From assembly GCA_964106645.2 (NCBI GenBank), contig OZ067053.1: 64,000 nucleotides of DNA; one strand, given 5' to 3'. Below are positions 20,107 through 32,251 of this stretch, in pieces. The stretch is from Podarcis pityusensis (Eukaryota). The first letter of the stretch is position 1. Each line of letters opens with the position of its first letter. Both the position numbers and the translations under genes were made by a program. The notes beneath the pieces are model-generated. The model searched no databases. It had not been told where the DNA came from and worked only from the letters and a program-made list of their open reading frames with translations.

Positions 20107-23033
20107 AGGAAGTGTTTCCAGAGGTATTTTAAACAACTCTATACACAGGAGAAGCGGAAAGAAATGGACATTGATTGATTTTTGAATATAAATGGACTAC
20201 ACAAAATCTCACAGGAAAAACAACTAATGTTGAACTATAAAATAACAGACCAGGAGGTGGAAGGGGCTATCCAGAACATGCAATTAGGTAAATCTCCAGG
20301 ACCAGATGGTTTGACTTCAAGATACTACAGATCTTTGAAAGATTGGTTAATACAACCATTGAAGGAAGTCTGTAATGAAATATTGGAAGGAAGAAAGGCA
20401 CCAGAGTCGTGGAAGGAAGCTTACATTACACTTATACTGAAAACAGAGACTGAAAAGATGCAGCTCAAAAACTACCGCCCCATATCGCTGCTAAATGTGG
20501 ATTATAAAATTTTTGCAGACATTTTGGCTAAAAGACTAAAAAAGGTGTTAGTAGAAGAAATCCATAAAGATCAAGCGGGCTTTATGGATGAGGAATATAA
20601 TTAATATCTTAGAAAAACTTCAAGTGAATATTAATACTAAGACTGTTTTGATATTTGTGGACGCGGAGAAAGCCTTTGACAACATTTCTTGGAGCTTTAT
20701 GAAGAAGAATCTACAGGGGATGGGGGTAGGCCAAGGTTTTGAGAATGGTATAGGTGCAATTTACTCAGAACAAAAGGCAAAATTAATTGTAAATAATGTA
20801 GTGACAGAAGAGTTCAAGACTGAGAAAGGGACACGACAAGGTTGCCCAATTTCTCCACTGCTTTTTATATCGGTCCTTGAGGTTTTGCTAAACATGATAA
20901 GAAAGGACCGAGAGATTAAAGGTATACAAGTGGGAGTTAAACAGTATAAATTGAAAGCATTTGCTGATGATCTAGTATTGACTCTACAGGAACCAGAATC
21001 TAGCACAAAAAGGGTATTGGAATTGATTCAAGAATTTGGGCAAGTAGCAGGTTTTAAGCTGAACAAGATGAAAACTAAGGTATTAGAGAAAAACTTAACT
21101 GTAAATGAGAGAGAGAAATTTCAGGAAGAGACAGGATTAACATTGGTTAAGAAAGTGAAATATCTAGGGGTTAATATGACTGCTAAAAATGTGAATTTAT
21201 TTAAGGATAATTATGAAAAATGTTGGATTGAAGTGAAAAAAGACTTAGAAATATGGTCAAATTTGAAGTTATCATTACTAGGCCGAATTGCTGTGATAAA
21301 AATGAATGTGCTGCCAAGGATGTTGTTCTTGTTTCAAACATTACAAATTTTGGATAAGATGGATTGTTTTAAGAAGTGGCAGAAAGATATTTCCAGATTT
21401 GTCTAGCAGGGCAAGAAGCCTCGAATAAAACTTAAGATATTAACTGATGCTAAAGAGAGAGGTGGATTTGCCCTGCCAGACCTAAAACTCTATTATGAAT
21501 CAGCTGCTTTTTGTTGGCTGAGAGAATGGCTGCTACTTGAAGACACTGATGTGTTGGACCTAGAAGGTTTTAACAACATATTTGGTTGGCATGCATATTT
21601 GTGGTATGATAAGGTAAAAGCACATAAAGCATTTAAAAATCATATTGTTAGAAAAGCATTGTTTAATGTATGGATAAGATATAAAGATTTGTTAGAAAAG
21701 AAAACCCCAAGATGGTTGTCACCAATAGAAGCGAAGGCACAGAAAAAACTCAATATGGAGGCCAAATGGCCGAAATATTGGGAAATTCTGGAACAAGAGG
21801 GAGACAGACTAAAATTGCAGAGCTTTGAAAAATTGAAAAATAAAGTGCGAGATTGGCTCCATTATTATCAAATAATGGAGGCATATAATTTGGACAAAAA
21901 AGTTGGTTTCCAGGTGGAAAAATCAAAATTGGAAACAGAACTGTTAGACTCTAAAATTAAGAATTTGTCAAAAATGTATAACTTGCGGTTGAAATGGAAC
22001 ACCCAGGATGAAATGGTGAAATCAGCTATGATTAAATGGGCACAAGATGTTGGACATAATATAATGATGGCTGACTGGGAACAGTTATGGACCACAGGTA
22101 TGAAATTTACGGCATGTAATGCCTTAAGAGAAAACTTAATGAAAATGATTTATAGGTGGTACATGACACCAGTCAAGCTTGCAAAAATTTACCATTTGCC
22201 CGAAAATAAATGTTGGAAATGTAATGAGACTGAAGGTACATTCTTTCACCTTTGGTGGACATGCCCAAGGATTAAGACATTCTGGGAGATGATTTATAAT
22301 GAAATGAAAAAGGTATTCAAATATACCTTTCTGAAGAAACCGGAGGCCTTTCTCCTGGGCATGGTCGGCCAATTGGTGCCAAAGAAGGATAGAACTTTTT
22401 TAATGTATGCTACAACAGCAGCAAGAATACTCATCGCGAAGTATTGGAAGACACAAGATTTACCCACCCGGGAAGAATGGCAGATGAAGTTGATGGACTA
22501 TATGGAATTGGCGGAAATGACTGGCAGAATCCGAGACCAGGGAGAAGAGTCGGTGGAAGAAGATTGGAAAAAGTTTAAAGACTATTTACAGAAATATTGT
22601 AAAATCAATGAATGTTAGAAAAATGTTGGAATGAAGTTATATGGCTTCAGCAGAAATGTTATAAGGAATTAAGTATAAATAGATTAATAGAGAATTAAAG
22701 GGAAAAATAAGGTCAAAATGTGTTAAGATAATTATAGGATAGAAAGCAGAGGAAGATGGAAAGGAATTGCTGAAACAACTAATAGAAGTGGAATACAAAA
22801 AGGGAGGTGTGAGGAGGTCATGGGAATAAGTGAATGAAAGATTGAAACTATTTGATGTGTTTTAAATTGTTTTTGTTTTGTCTTCTTAGTTTAAATTGTT
22901 TTTGTTAGTTCAGTGTTAGGTATTGTTTTTGTATTGTATTGTATTGTTTATTTTCTTTTTCTATGTAATGTCTAATTTGTTGGAAAGTAATAAATATTAT
23001 TTAAAAAAGAAAAAAGAAAAAAAGGGGAAAAAA
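20107..23033 (+). mobile_element. 5'-truncated, inactivated L1-clade LINE (ORF2 RT and CCHC, 3' UTR, A-tail)
   Basis: KSPGPDG, NYRPISLLNVDYKI, GTRQGCPISP, FADD, CWKC..HLWWTC; frameshift near 20585, stop 21404-21406; AATAAA 22989, A-tail; TSD AGAAAATAAATT at 20095-20106 and 23034-23045. Confidence 0.95.
20182..22618 (+). pseudogene. Disrupted LINE ORF2 reverse transcriptase
   Basis: ORF pieces 20182-20604, 20588-21406 and 21551-22618 are consecutive parts of one ORF2. Confidence 0.9.
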
Positions 23034-23469
23034 AGAAAATAAATTGGCTCTGTGATTTATGCCAAGAGTAGTGAATGCAGCGCCCTCCCCTAGTTGCTTG
23101 ACTCCCAACTCTGAACAGCACCAGCCAGTATGGCTAATGCCACAAGGATGTTGGGAGCTGGTGCCTTGCAGGTGATGTTAGACTACCTTTTTACTCACCC
23201 TGGCCTCTACAATAGCTCTTCAGGTTTCATCAACTCTTAATCTGTCATCTAGGTTGAACAGACCTAATATATTCAACCTTTCCTCTTATGGTCTCTAGAT
23301 CCCTCTCCATCTTTGTCACCTATCCTCTGTACACGGCACATGTGGTTTCTTTTTAAAATGATTGTTGAGCTCCTGGCGCTCCACAAACCGCACTCTTCAC
23401 AATTTGACAATTCTCTGAGGGAAAGTATGTGCTTTCAAGGTATCGTGTGCACCTCCCCAGCCTTGCCAG

Positions 23470-23646
23470 TTTTGGTAACTGACCGGAAGCTAAGGCTGCC
23501 CTCCCCAAAGATGGCGCCCGAAACGAGCATCCGCCTATGACTGTGTAGAGAAGGGGAAGTGGGTTTTTAAAAAAGGGAGGAGAGAAATACTACAATTCCC
23601 ATGAGCCTCTTGGGCTGCAGCTGACCTTGGCAAAAGCGGTTCAAGA
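23470..23646 (+). promoter_or_regulatory. TMEM223 promoter
   Basis: ETS CCGGAAG 23483-23489, YY1 AAGATGGCG 23508-23516, ZNF143-type ACTACAATTCCC 23589-23600; CpG-rich exon 1. Confidence 0.7.
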
Positions 23647-24121
23647 ATGTTGCACTGCACATGGCGAGCAGGGCTGCGGATCGGGGGGCTGGCAGGTGGG
23701 GGGGTTGGAAGCTGCGGGGTTTGGAGGCTCTGGGGCCGCGCGGATCCACAACACCCCGTGCGCTTTTGGAGCTGGGGCGCGCGAAGGGCTGACGGCGCGG
23801 AGTTGCCTCGGCGATGGGGCGCCCGGGGCGTGCAAACCGCCTTCCCGTTGGATACTAATGTGCCCCGGGATGTCTTGCTTTTCCAGCACGATCGGGGCCG
23901 TTTTTTCCGTATTCTTGGGCTGTTCTGCGCCGGCCAGTTCGTGTTCTGGGCGTATCTGGCACACTTCGCTTTCCACGGCTTGCGGGATATTAGGGCGAGC
24001 CGGCCAGAGCCGGATCCCCAGCATGGGGAGCGCCCTCTGCCAACTCTACCGGGAGGAGCCACGATACAGTTGAGCTCCAACAAGTGGCGCTTCGGTTTCA
24101 CTGCGTCTTGCCTGACCGTGG
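23647..24121 (+). CDS. TMEM223: TMEM223 exon 1
   Basis: Only in-frame ATG at 23647; donor g|gtaagg at 24122. Confidence 0.88.
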
Positions 24122-25777
24122 GTAAGGAAGGGCCGGATTCCTCTGCTCGCTCCTCCTCCGGGGTTACTTATTAGCATTGGTTGCTCTTCGTTGTTATAGA
24201 ATTGTGGAATTGGAAAGGACCACGAGGGTCATCTCTTCCAACCCCCTGCAATTCAGGAATCGTTTTGCCCAGCATGGGGCTTGAACTCACGACCCTAAGA
24301 TTAAGAGTCTCATGCTCTAGCGATTGAGCTATGTGCCGCGATGCGCATGGCGCTTTGCGCATTTTTCTAAGCAAAACAAAAAAGACCCCTAACCCCGAGG
24401 AGTTTACAATATAAATTGCAATCTTACTTTCATGAAATTGTAGGTTTGCTTCTTGTCGGTGACAGATAGTATGTGGGGCACAGCAGGAAGATGTATCCAA
24501 ACGTAATATTGTGGGTTTCAGATCCATGGGTTGTAGCCAGCTACAAGTTCTACCCCCAAATAGATCCATCGAAATTAATTTATCTAAGTAAGGCCCCTAT
24601 CCGCACTATACATTTAGAGCAGCATCACTACCACATTAAACAGGCATGGCTTCCCCCAAACAATGCTGGGAACTGTAGTTGTTACCAGTACTGTGAGTTG
24701 TTAGGAGACCTCCCCTGCTGTCACCCCCACAGAACTACTGGAAAGAAGGATTGATTGTTAAGCCACTCTGGAAAGTGTAACTCTGTGGTGGGGAACAGGG
24801 GTCTCCTGACAACCCTCAGCACCACTAACAAATGGCAGGCCCTGGAATTCTTTGGAGGAAGCCATGGCTGTTAAAGTGGCATAATATAAGGTGCAGATGA
24901 GGCTTCAGCCATGCTCCTTTGTTTCAGGGGGTCTACTCTGAGTAGAATTAACACGGATACAACCCAATAAAAATAAGACACTCCCTGCCCAACTCAGGCT
25001 TATAACCAAGACAAAGGATCAGATCCAACATCCATGGCTGGGGCAGGTGGGAACTGTAGTCTGAAACATCCATTAAGGCACCATCTTGACACAGGCACCC
25101 AAATGTATCAAAGCAGGCGCAAGTCCAGTTTCTGTGGGAAATTGCACAGGTTGGGTACTACCACAAAACAGGCTTTTCCTTGACATAGGTCTGTCACAGC
25201 TCAGCTGGCAGAAGCACCTGGGCCTTAGTCCTAAGCCATGAAGGTCTTTGAAGATCACAATCTCCTTGAATAGGGTCCAAAACCAGAGTAGGAGCATGTG
25301 CATTGGCGAAGCACTAGTACATGATGATTAAATTTCCTAGTCAGAAACCCAGCAACTGAATTCTGAACCACCTGCCATTTCTGAACCATCTCCCAGGGCA
25401 GCCTTAGGCTTTATCAGGCATTGCAGTAGCCTGACCACTAGGTTATCTCAGCTCGACTTGTCATCCTGCTCTGTTCCTTTGCAGGTTCTCTGATCTTGGC
25501 GGCAGGTTTTGTCTTTTCCCGACGCTCTGTGAGCCGGATCTTGCTGCACCGAGGTGGGCAGGAGGTGACCTTTACCACTTATTACCCCTTGGGCTGGACC
25601 TCGTCCTTCACGGTCCCTCTTCGCCATGTTTCCTGTATGTCCCATCGTTCGGAGGTGCCGGCGATGATGCCACTCAAGGTTAAGGGGAGAGCCTTCTATT
25701 TCCTGTTGGACAAGCAGGGACGGATCACCAACACAAAGCTTTTTGACATCACTGTTGGTGCCTATCGCAAACTGTGA
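23647..25777 (+). CDS. TMEM223: Transmembrane protein 223 (mitochondrial inner membrane), 2 exons, 255 aa
   Basis: Exons 23647-24121 and 25485-25777, phase 1. RDVLLFQHDRGRFFRILGLFCAGQ and HRSEVPAMMPLKVKGRAFYFLLDK...TKLFDITVGAYRKL match TMEM223; downstream of NXF1 as in mammals. Confidence 0.95.
24196..24331 (-). mobile_element. tRNA-Lys(CTT)-headed SINE with CR1-like tail
   Basis: Minus strand TAGCTCAATCGCTAGAGCATGAGACTCTTAATCTTAGGGTCGTGAGTTCAAGCCCC followed by a CR1 3'-end-like sequence. Confidence 0.8.
25485..25777 (+). CDS. TMEM223: TMEM223 exon 2
   Basis: Acceptor ctttgcag; GSLILAAGFVFSRRSV...YRKL*. Confidence 0.95.
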
Positions 25778-27665
25778 GGCACAGCACTGCTAGAGGGAAA
25801 AGGCGCAGGAGACGGCCCATCCTACATCCTGGGCTGTTGTGCAGATGGAGAAAGATGGACTGGCAACATCTGGCAGACAGATCCCAGGCCTAGAAGCAGC
25901 TCTTAAATGGCTTCTTAGCCCTTCTGTGCTTTGAAAAAGACAATTGATGCATGATGTTTTGGGATAAATGGAAGCTCATCTGGAGAGAGAGAGAGTGAGG
26001 GAATGAGAGAGAGCGAGAAAGAGAGACTGAGATTGCACAGAGTTGCCCTGGATCCTTAGTTGATTAGCTTGTTTGTTAAAAATCTAGAAAGCACCAACCT
26101 GATTTTTGCAGGGTTTTTCGTACCTCCCAACACACCCCAGCTGCATTCACAGTACATTTTTCTCATCTTTGGGATGACAGAGGGGGGTGGGAAATGTGTG
26201 CTTGTGTCTTGGTAGCAAGAATTATGGTTGTTGTGATGGCTGCTTGGTTGATCTCCAGGAACTCATCCTGCCTTAACTGGAGATCATTGAATTTCTCCTT
26301 TGTAGAGCTGCCACCTTTATTTCTGGAGAGGCTCCTGTGCTTTTTATAATAGGGAGAGCAAGGGAGGGGAACCGTTTTTCAGCTCAAGGTCCACATTTCC
26401 TTCTGGGCAGCCTTCTGAGGGCCACTTGCCAGTAGCAGGGGTGGGGCAGAGGCAAAAGTGGACGGAACAATGAATGTAAACCTGACTTTTGTTAGAGTAA
26501 AGTAGTTTCTACACACACCAATCTGTATCCTCCATCCATACAACCAGGAGGCATTATCAGAGTTCAAGGCTGCGTTCCAGCCAGGCAGACACCTTCATGG
26601 GGCTAGTGAGGTGTGGCATGGGGAGAGTTCTGAGGGCCAGACAGAGAGGCCTGGAGGGCCACACTTGGCCCTTGCCCCTGAGATTCCCTGTCTCTGAGGA
26701 ACTGTGATAGACACTGAACAGTCAAGTTTGTGCACCCCCATTCCCTGTCACTGCCTTTCCATTCCATGATCATTTCACCTGCTGAATTTCTGTCTGCCCC
26801 CCCTCCCCAAGTGTTGTGGGGAGAGGGGACCAACCAAAGTTGACAATTGTCTCCTGTCTTCTTCCATTTTGGTGTGGTCCCACCAGCCACTGCCAAGTCT
26901 TGTTTTCCCGCTTGAGCAGAAGCTTCCTTGGCTGCTCTGGTTGCCATGGAAACATGTTGGCCTCAGTGGCATCAAGATGGCTGCCGTGTGGAAAGGGGAG
27001 CTGGGCAGCGGTGAGACTCCGGACATGCGGCTGGGAAGGAGAGAGCTAGAGAAGGAGGGGAGACGAGGTAACTGTCTGCCACTTCCGAAAGAAGCTTTTG
27101 AAGCCTACTAGCTGCCCCTGCTAACCTTGCGTTTCTCATTCTCAGTACAGCCTCCCCTTCCGCTCCCCACCCTGTTCTTTTGCATTAATTTCTAAAAGCA
27201 ATGACGATAGAATAAAGGCCCCCCCTCAGAAGTATGGCACTCTGTGCATGCTCAGGGGGAGGCAGCTGATTAAGCCTCTTGTTCAAGCCATTTTATGGCT
27301 TGCGAAATAATAACCTTGTGGGCCTCTGTCCAATGGATTTCATGTTGGGTCCATTTTTAATCACCTGACCCTCTTTTTTCTCTCTTAACATATATAGGAA
27401 ACCCAATTTGATAGTATTATTAATTATACGGATTTTTCCTGCCCCTTCTCAAAAAAATCATAAAATAGTAGACAGGGGTTTTGTAGGTACTCCCAGCAGC
27501 AAACAGCCCCCCTCCCACAGAGTCTCTTTTTAGCTTCACAACACCCCTGTGAGGTAGGTTAGGTGGGGAGAGGAAGGGAGGGAGAGACTAGCCCAAGACC
27601 ACCCAGTAAGCTGCATGACTGAGTGGAGGATTTGAACCTGAGTCGTCTGTCAAGCAATCTAACCA

Positions 27666-28272
27666 CAGGGGTGGGGAACCTTTTTTTCAGGCCCAGAGCT
27701 GCATTCCCTTCTGCACATCTTTCCAAGGGCCACATGGCAGTGGTGACTGGGGCCAGAGGCAAAAATGGCTGGAGCAATTAATGTAGATGTTAGCTTTGTA
27801 CAACACGCTAGCTTCTTCAGGCGTGCTCCCCTCTCTGTCCTCCATCCAGAGCTGTAGCTAGGTGATCTTGCGCCTCTGGCAGAACCTTCCAGATTGCACC
27901 CCCTCGGCACGGACAAATTAGCTCTTTCTGCCTCTCCCCCCCCTCCACCCATTCAATTCACCCTCTATTTAAAACCATTTCTTATGAGGCAATAATTGAT
28001 ATTTATGGACATATTTTTAGCCGGTTTTGTGCCCGCCCCCATCGCCTGCGCCCCTGGCAGCACCCTCCTCACCACCCCCAGCTACGGCCCTGCCTCCTTC
28101 CAGGCAAGTGCAAGGCATCGCCAGAGTTCAGAAGCACATTTCAGCCAATCATAAACACTCAAGGGTGTTTGAAGCAGAGCTGGAGATGGGGTATGACGTG
28201 AAGAGAATTCCAAGGGCCAGATAGGGTTAGAGGGCCGCATTTGGCCTTCAAACCCGAGGATCCCAACCCCAG
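27666..28272. mobile_element. hAT-like non-autonomous element; relative at about 34213-34654
   Basis: CAGGGGTGGGGAAC start, degenerate matching end, GGGCCGCATT subterminal motifs. Confidence 0.55.
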
Positions 28273-29164
28273 TTTAAACAGTATGCAAGTTAAGAACCAT
28301 ATGTTTTCTCTTTCCTCTCCCTGTCCTTTCCATTCTGGAAAATGGCAGCAACCCCCTCCCCCCTTCCTGCTACATCACATTCCCATTTTGGATGGCTCAG
28401 TTGACTTGAGCTGGCTTTTCAAACCCCCTCCTCTCCCCCACCCCACAAAATAAGCCACCCTTTATTTTATTTTAAATTGTTCCAGGGTTTCAGTGCAGCC
28501 CCTCCCTAGGAAGCTGCGGAAGAATACTGCTGAATTAGCCTTAACACTAGGCCAAAGTCCCAAGTCTCTCTGACCTCGACCAAAGCATTTTGCTGAAAGC
28601 GTTTAGGTCCAGTTGGAGTCAAGGTGATGCAAGTCGCTCAGATTAGGGAGAAGAAACATAAGAAGCTGCCTTATGCTGTCTCAAATCCTTGTTCTGTCTT
28701 GCTCAGTTCTGTCTGGCAGCGGCTCTCCAGGGTTTCAGGTAGAGCATCTCTCCCATCTTGACCTGGAGATGTCATTGTGCAAAGCAGATGCTCTACAAAT
28801 GGAGCTAAATCCTCGCAAAGAGAAACCCAGTACACCAAGGAAAAGAGTTCTAAGCCTAGCTTCCTCCCTGATGTGCTAGGTTTTATAATGTGCTGGGAAT
28901 ATTGCTTTTAAGATATGAGTGATCATTTGGCAATGTGAGTTATGGAACTGGAACAGTCCAGACACAAATTTACCACTTGCTGGCACTGTGAATCTTGAAC
29001 TCTGCCCCCACTCTGTTGTGCCTTCTAATTCTAAGATGCCAGGAATGAACCAGGGATCATCTTCTTGCAAAGCCCCTGAGCTATGGAGGGAAGAGACTCC
29101 CAGGCAAGTTTGAGAGGTTGCAGCTTAGTGGCAGAGCCACTGTTTTGCATGCAGAAGGTGTTTA

Positions 29165-29620
29165 AAATAGAGAGGGGTTTTAAGATTACGCATGGTGTAA
29201 AGAAAGTGGATCGGGAGAAGCTTTCTCCACCCCCAAACCTCATAATACCAGAACCAGGGGACAGACAACAAAAAGAAGTACTTTCTTCACACAGCATGTA
29301 CTTGGGACTGTGAAGTTTGCTCCAAATAGAGGCATTGATGGCTAACCAACTAGGATGGCTTTAAAGGAGGATTAGACAAAGTCATGGAAGATAAGGCTAT
29401 CAATGGACGCTAAGCCTGATGGCGATGTTCTCTCACCACTGTTGGGGGCAGTAATGTGTCTCTGAATACCAGTTGCTGGGAATCACAAATGGGGAGAGTT
29501 GCTGTTGCGTTTATGTCCTGCTGGTGGGCTTCCCATCGGGGCTTCCCATTGGCCACTGTGAGAACAGGATGCTGGTCTAGATGGGCCTGTGGGAGGATCC
29601 AGCTGCCAGGCTCTTAACTA
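29165..29620 (+). mobile_element. CR1-type LINE 3' fragment
   Basis: Degenerate KIxHGVxKVDREK...; GGCTTTAAAGGAGGATTAGACAAA and 3' UTR. Confidence 0.65.
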
Positions 29621-31089
29621 TCTTCAGAAGGTGCCAGGTTCAGTCCCTGGTATCACAGGCAATAGGGTAAGAGAAGCCCCTTTATAGCTACCACCATATG
29701 GAATACACCCAGATAAGCCAAGGTCTGACCCAGTACAGTATGTCTGTACCAAGGAACTGAATATCCTGACATCCGAGACAGGCACCCAGATGGATGCCCT
29801 CGTTGAACTCTTGTCCATTCAGTATGTAATCCTAGCCTGCTCTGAGTTAAGTGTTTGTGTATGAGAACCACCACTCCAAAATCTTCCACTGAGAGCAGCT
29901 GCCTCACTTTTTATCTTGATGGGGTCACCTGGCTCAAGGATGTGATCTTGCGGTACATCGTTCCAAATAAATAATGAGCCTCATTTCCATTGATTTTTAT
30001 TTTATTTTACACATGCTCAGTAATTGCCGTGGTATTTCCAGACCTCCATAGAAACCCCAAAGACTTGTAGATTTCATTTTAACATAGGGTTTCTGTTTGT
30101 CCAGTTTCAAACTTGCAGGTCTTTCCATCTCTCTTTCCTTTCCAATTTATTTTGTTTACTCATTACAACAAATGCAAATACTGTTAACCTGGACAGTTTT
30201 TACTTAGTTTGATATGTTTTTAATTGTCCAAGAGACCAGTGGAGATAGCTTAACTGAGTCAAGAAAGACGACTCAGAAATCATTTTGAATGCTTTATTAC
30301 AACATAAAATGTTATTGGGACATGCACCCCTAACACCAGTAAATTAGCAAATTTTGAAAAGTTGTTTGTCAGTTTGCTATGCATTCAGACACATCTTAAG
30401 ATATCACAATGAAATTTTGTGTGATGGTTCCTGAGATCAAGGAGCCAGTTTTCATCTATGTTTTGATACAGTTGGGTGCCATTTTGAACCAAAATGGCAG
30501 ACTGGACCGTAAAAACTTCACTGGTTGCAGAACTGTGCTGTTGGTTTCTTTCTTTCTAAAAATTTGAAAGCAACATCAGCTCAAAGGCTGCTCATTAACA
30601 ATAGAGAAGATATGCTTATACACATTCAAATCTTAAAATACACTGGATGGTTGATCAGACCACCAAGTGGGCACAGGTCTTACCTAGCTAAGGTGGATGT
30701 TAATTGAAGAAGCATCAGCTACAGATAGTGATGAGTTGGAATGCTGTCTCGTAAGTCCAACATTGTGTTAGAACTAGCACTTTTTTCAGGGCCACAACCT
30801 CACACAGTGCCCCCAAACATACATTTTTAGGCGATGTGAAAGCACGGCCCTGAAAAAAGCGTGTATTTTGGGCTCTCATGTGGGTCATGTGAATCACACA
30901 GGAGAATGGACAGAAACATCCATCCCAGTTTTGGGACTCAGCATGTTGGAGGGTTTGGAAATACAATTCTCAGCACAGTGGGAAAAGCTATGACAAAGCA
31001 ACGTGTATGCTCAGCTCTTGAGGTGCTGTTGATGAGCAATTTCAAGGGCCCTCCAGCACCTGCTCTCCTTCCTTTTACTATATATTCAG

Positions 31090-31420
31090 TTTATTATTTA
31101 TTCAATTTATATCCCCCCCCCCCACTTCCCCGAGGAGCCCAGGGTGGCAAACACACAAACAAGAAAACAGTTCAAACATCTTGCAAACAATTCCAATGAG
31201 GCTACAGGCTGGGAAAGCCCTCTACTTAAAAGGCTTGTTGGAAGAGACAGGTCTTCAGCAGGCGTCTGTCTAATATTTAACAAGAGGGACACCCATAGGG
31301 TGGTTGTCATGATACTAAAAGCCAGATTTCTACATTGTGTGGCATCAACCTTTTGATAAGACGGTATCTGCAGGAGGCCCTCACCTGCGGAGTGCAGTGG
31401 TTAGTTGGGTATGCAGTGAG
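31090..31420 (-). mobile_element. L2-type LINE 3' fragment
   Basis: CTTAAAAGGCTTG...GACAGGTCTTCAGC and GCCCAGGGTGGC pattern of a reverse L2 terminus. Confidence 0.5.
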
Positions 31421-32025
31421 ACCAGTGCTTTTCCCCAAGAAAAACGGTGCCAGAACTCACCATGGAGTTGTTTCAACAAGTGGCTAGGCGACTTGGGGCA
31501 GCCCTGAACAGATGCAGGTTTTACAACAACCATGTTCACCACTCACGGAGATGCTAAAAACTACTGCAAGCTGTCTCCCTAGTTGGTTTGGGGGTCGCCC
31601 CTAGTTCTGGTGCAGGCCAAATAAATGCGCCCCCGCCTCCCTCATTCTCTTAGATTCAGGCGAGTGGCTAGGAAAGGCCCTCGTGCAAACGTGCGCGTGT
31701 GCAACAGTAGAGGCCTGTCTGGAAAGCTTAAAGCCCGACACTGCTACACGGAAACAGAAAAGGAACTACAGATTGGCCCCCGTGCTGTAGCTTGACCAAT
31801 CATGGCTAGGAGAGGCTAAGAGCTAGGTGGAGTCATATTTTAAAAAGTGTAGAGACTCATATGCGAGCCAGCTTCCATTTTGAAGCTGAGAAGTGCCTGA
31901 ACTGTGCTCTGGCATGCTCTGGCTGAAAAAGGTGAGACCATCCTTCAGGTATCCTGGTCCCAAGCTGTTTAGGGCTTTACACACCAAACCCAGCACCTTG
32001 AAGCTAGCCAGTGGCTGATTGACTA

Positions 32026-32251
32026 CAGTGGTACCTCGGGTTAAGTACTTAATTCGTTCTGGAGGTCCATTCTTAACCTGAAACTGTTCTTAACCTGAAG
32101 CACCACTTTAGCTAATGGGGCCTCCTGCTGCTGCCGCGCCGCCGGAGCACAATTTCTGTTCTCATCCTGAAGCAAAGTTCTTAACCCGAGGTAATATTTC
32201 TGGGTTAGTGGAGTCTGTAACTTGAAGCGTATGTAACCCGAGGTACCACTG
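32026..32251. mobile_element. Tc1/mariner-pogo (Tigger-like) MITE
   Basis: 18-bp TIRs CAGTGGTACCTCGGGTTA / TAACCCGAGGTACCACTG, TA on both sides. Confidence 0.9.

Noticed and set aside
21551-22618. 355-aa ORF as a host gene or active L1
   Set aside because: C-terminal part of a truncated ORF2 lacking ORF1, endonuclease and promoter, with upstream frameshift and stop.
23535-24101. Antisense and alternative-frame ORFs over TMEM223 exon 1
   Set aside because: Shadows of GC-rich coding sequence with no recognisable homology.
24266-24338. Functional tRNA-Lys(CTT) gene
   Set aside because: Acceptor stem does not pair, D- and T-arm substitutions, and it is fused to a CR1 tail; treated as a SINE head.
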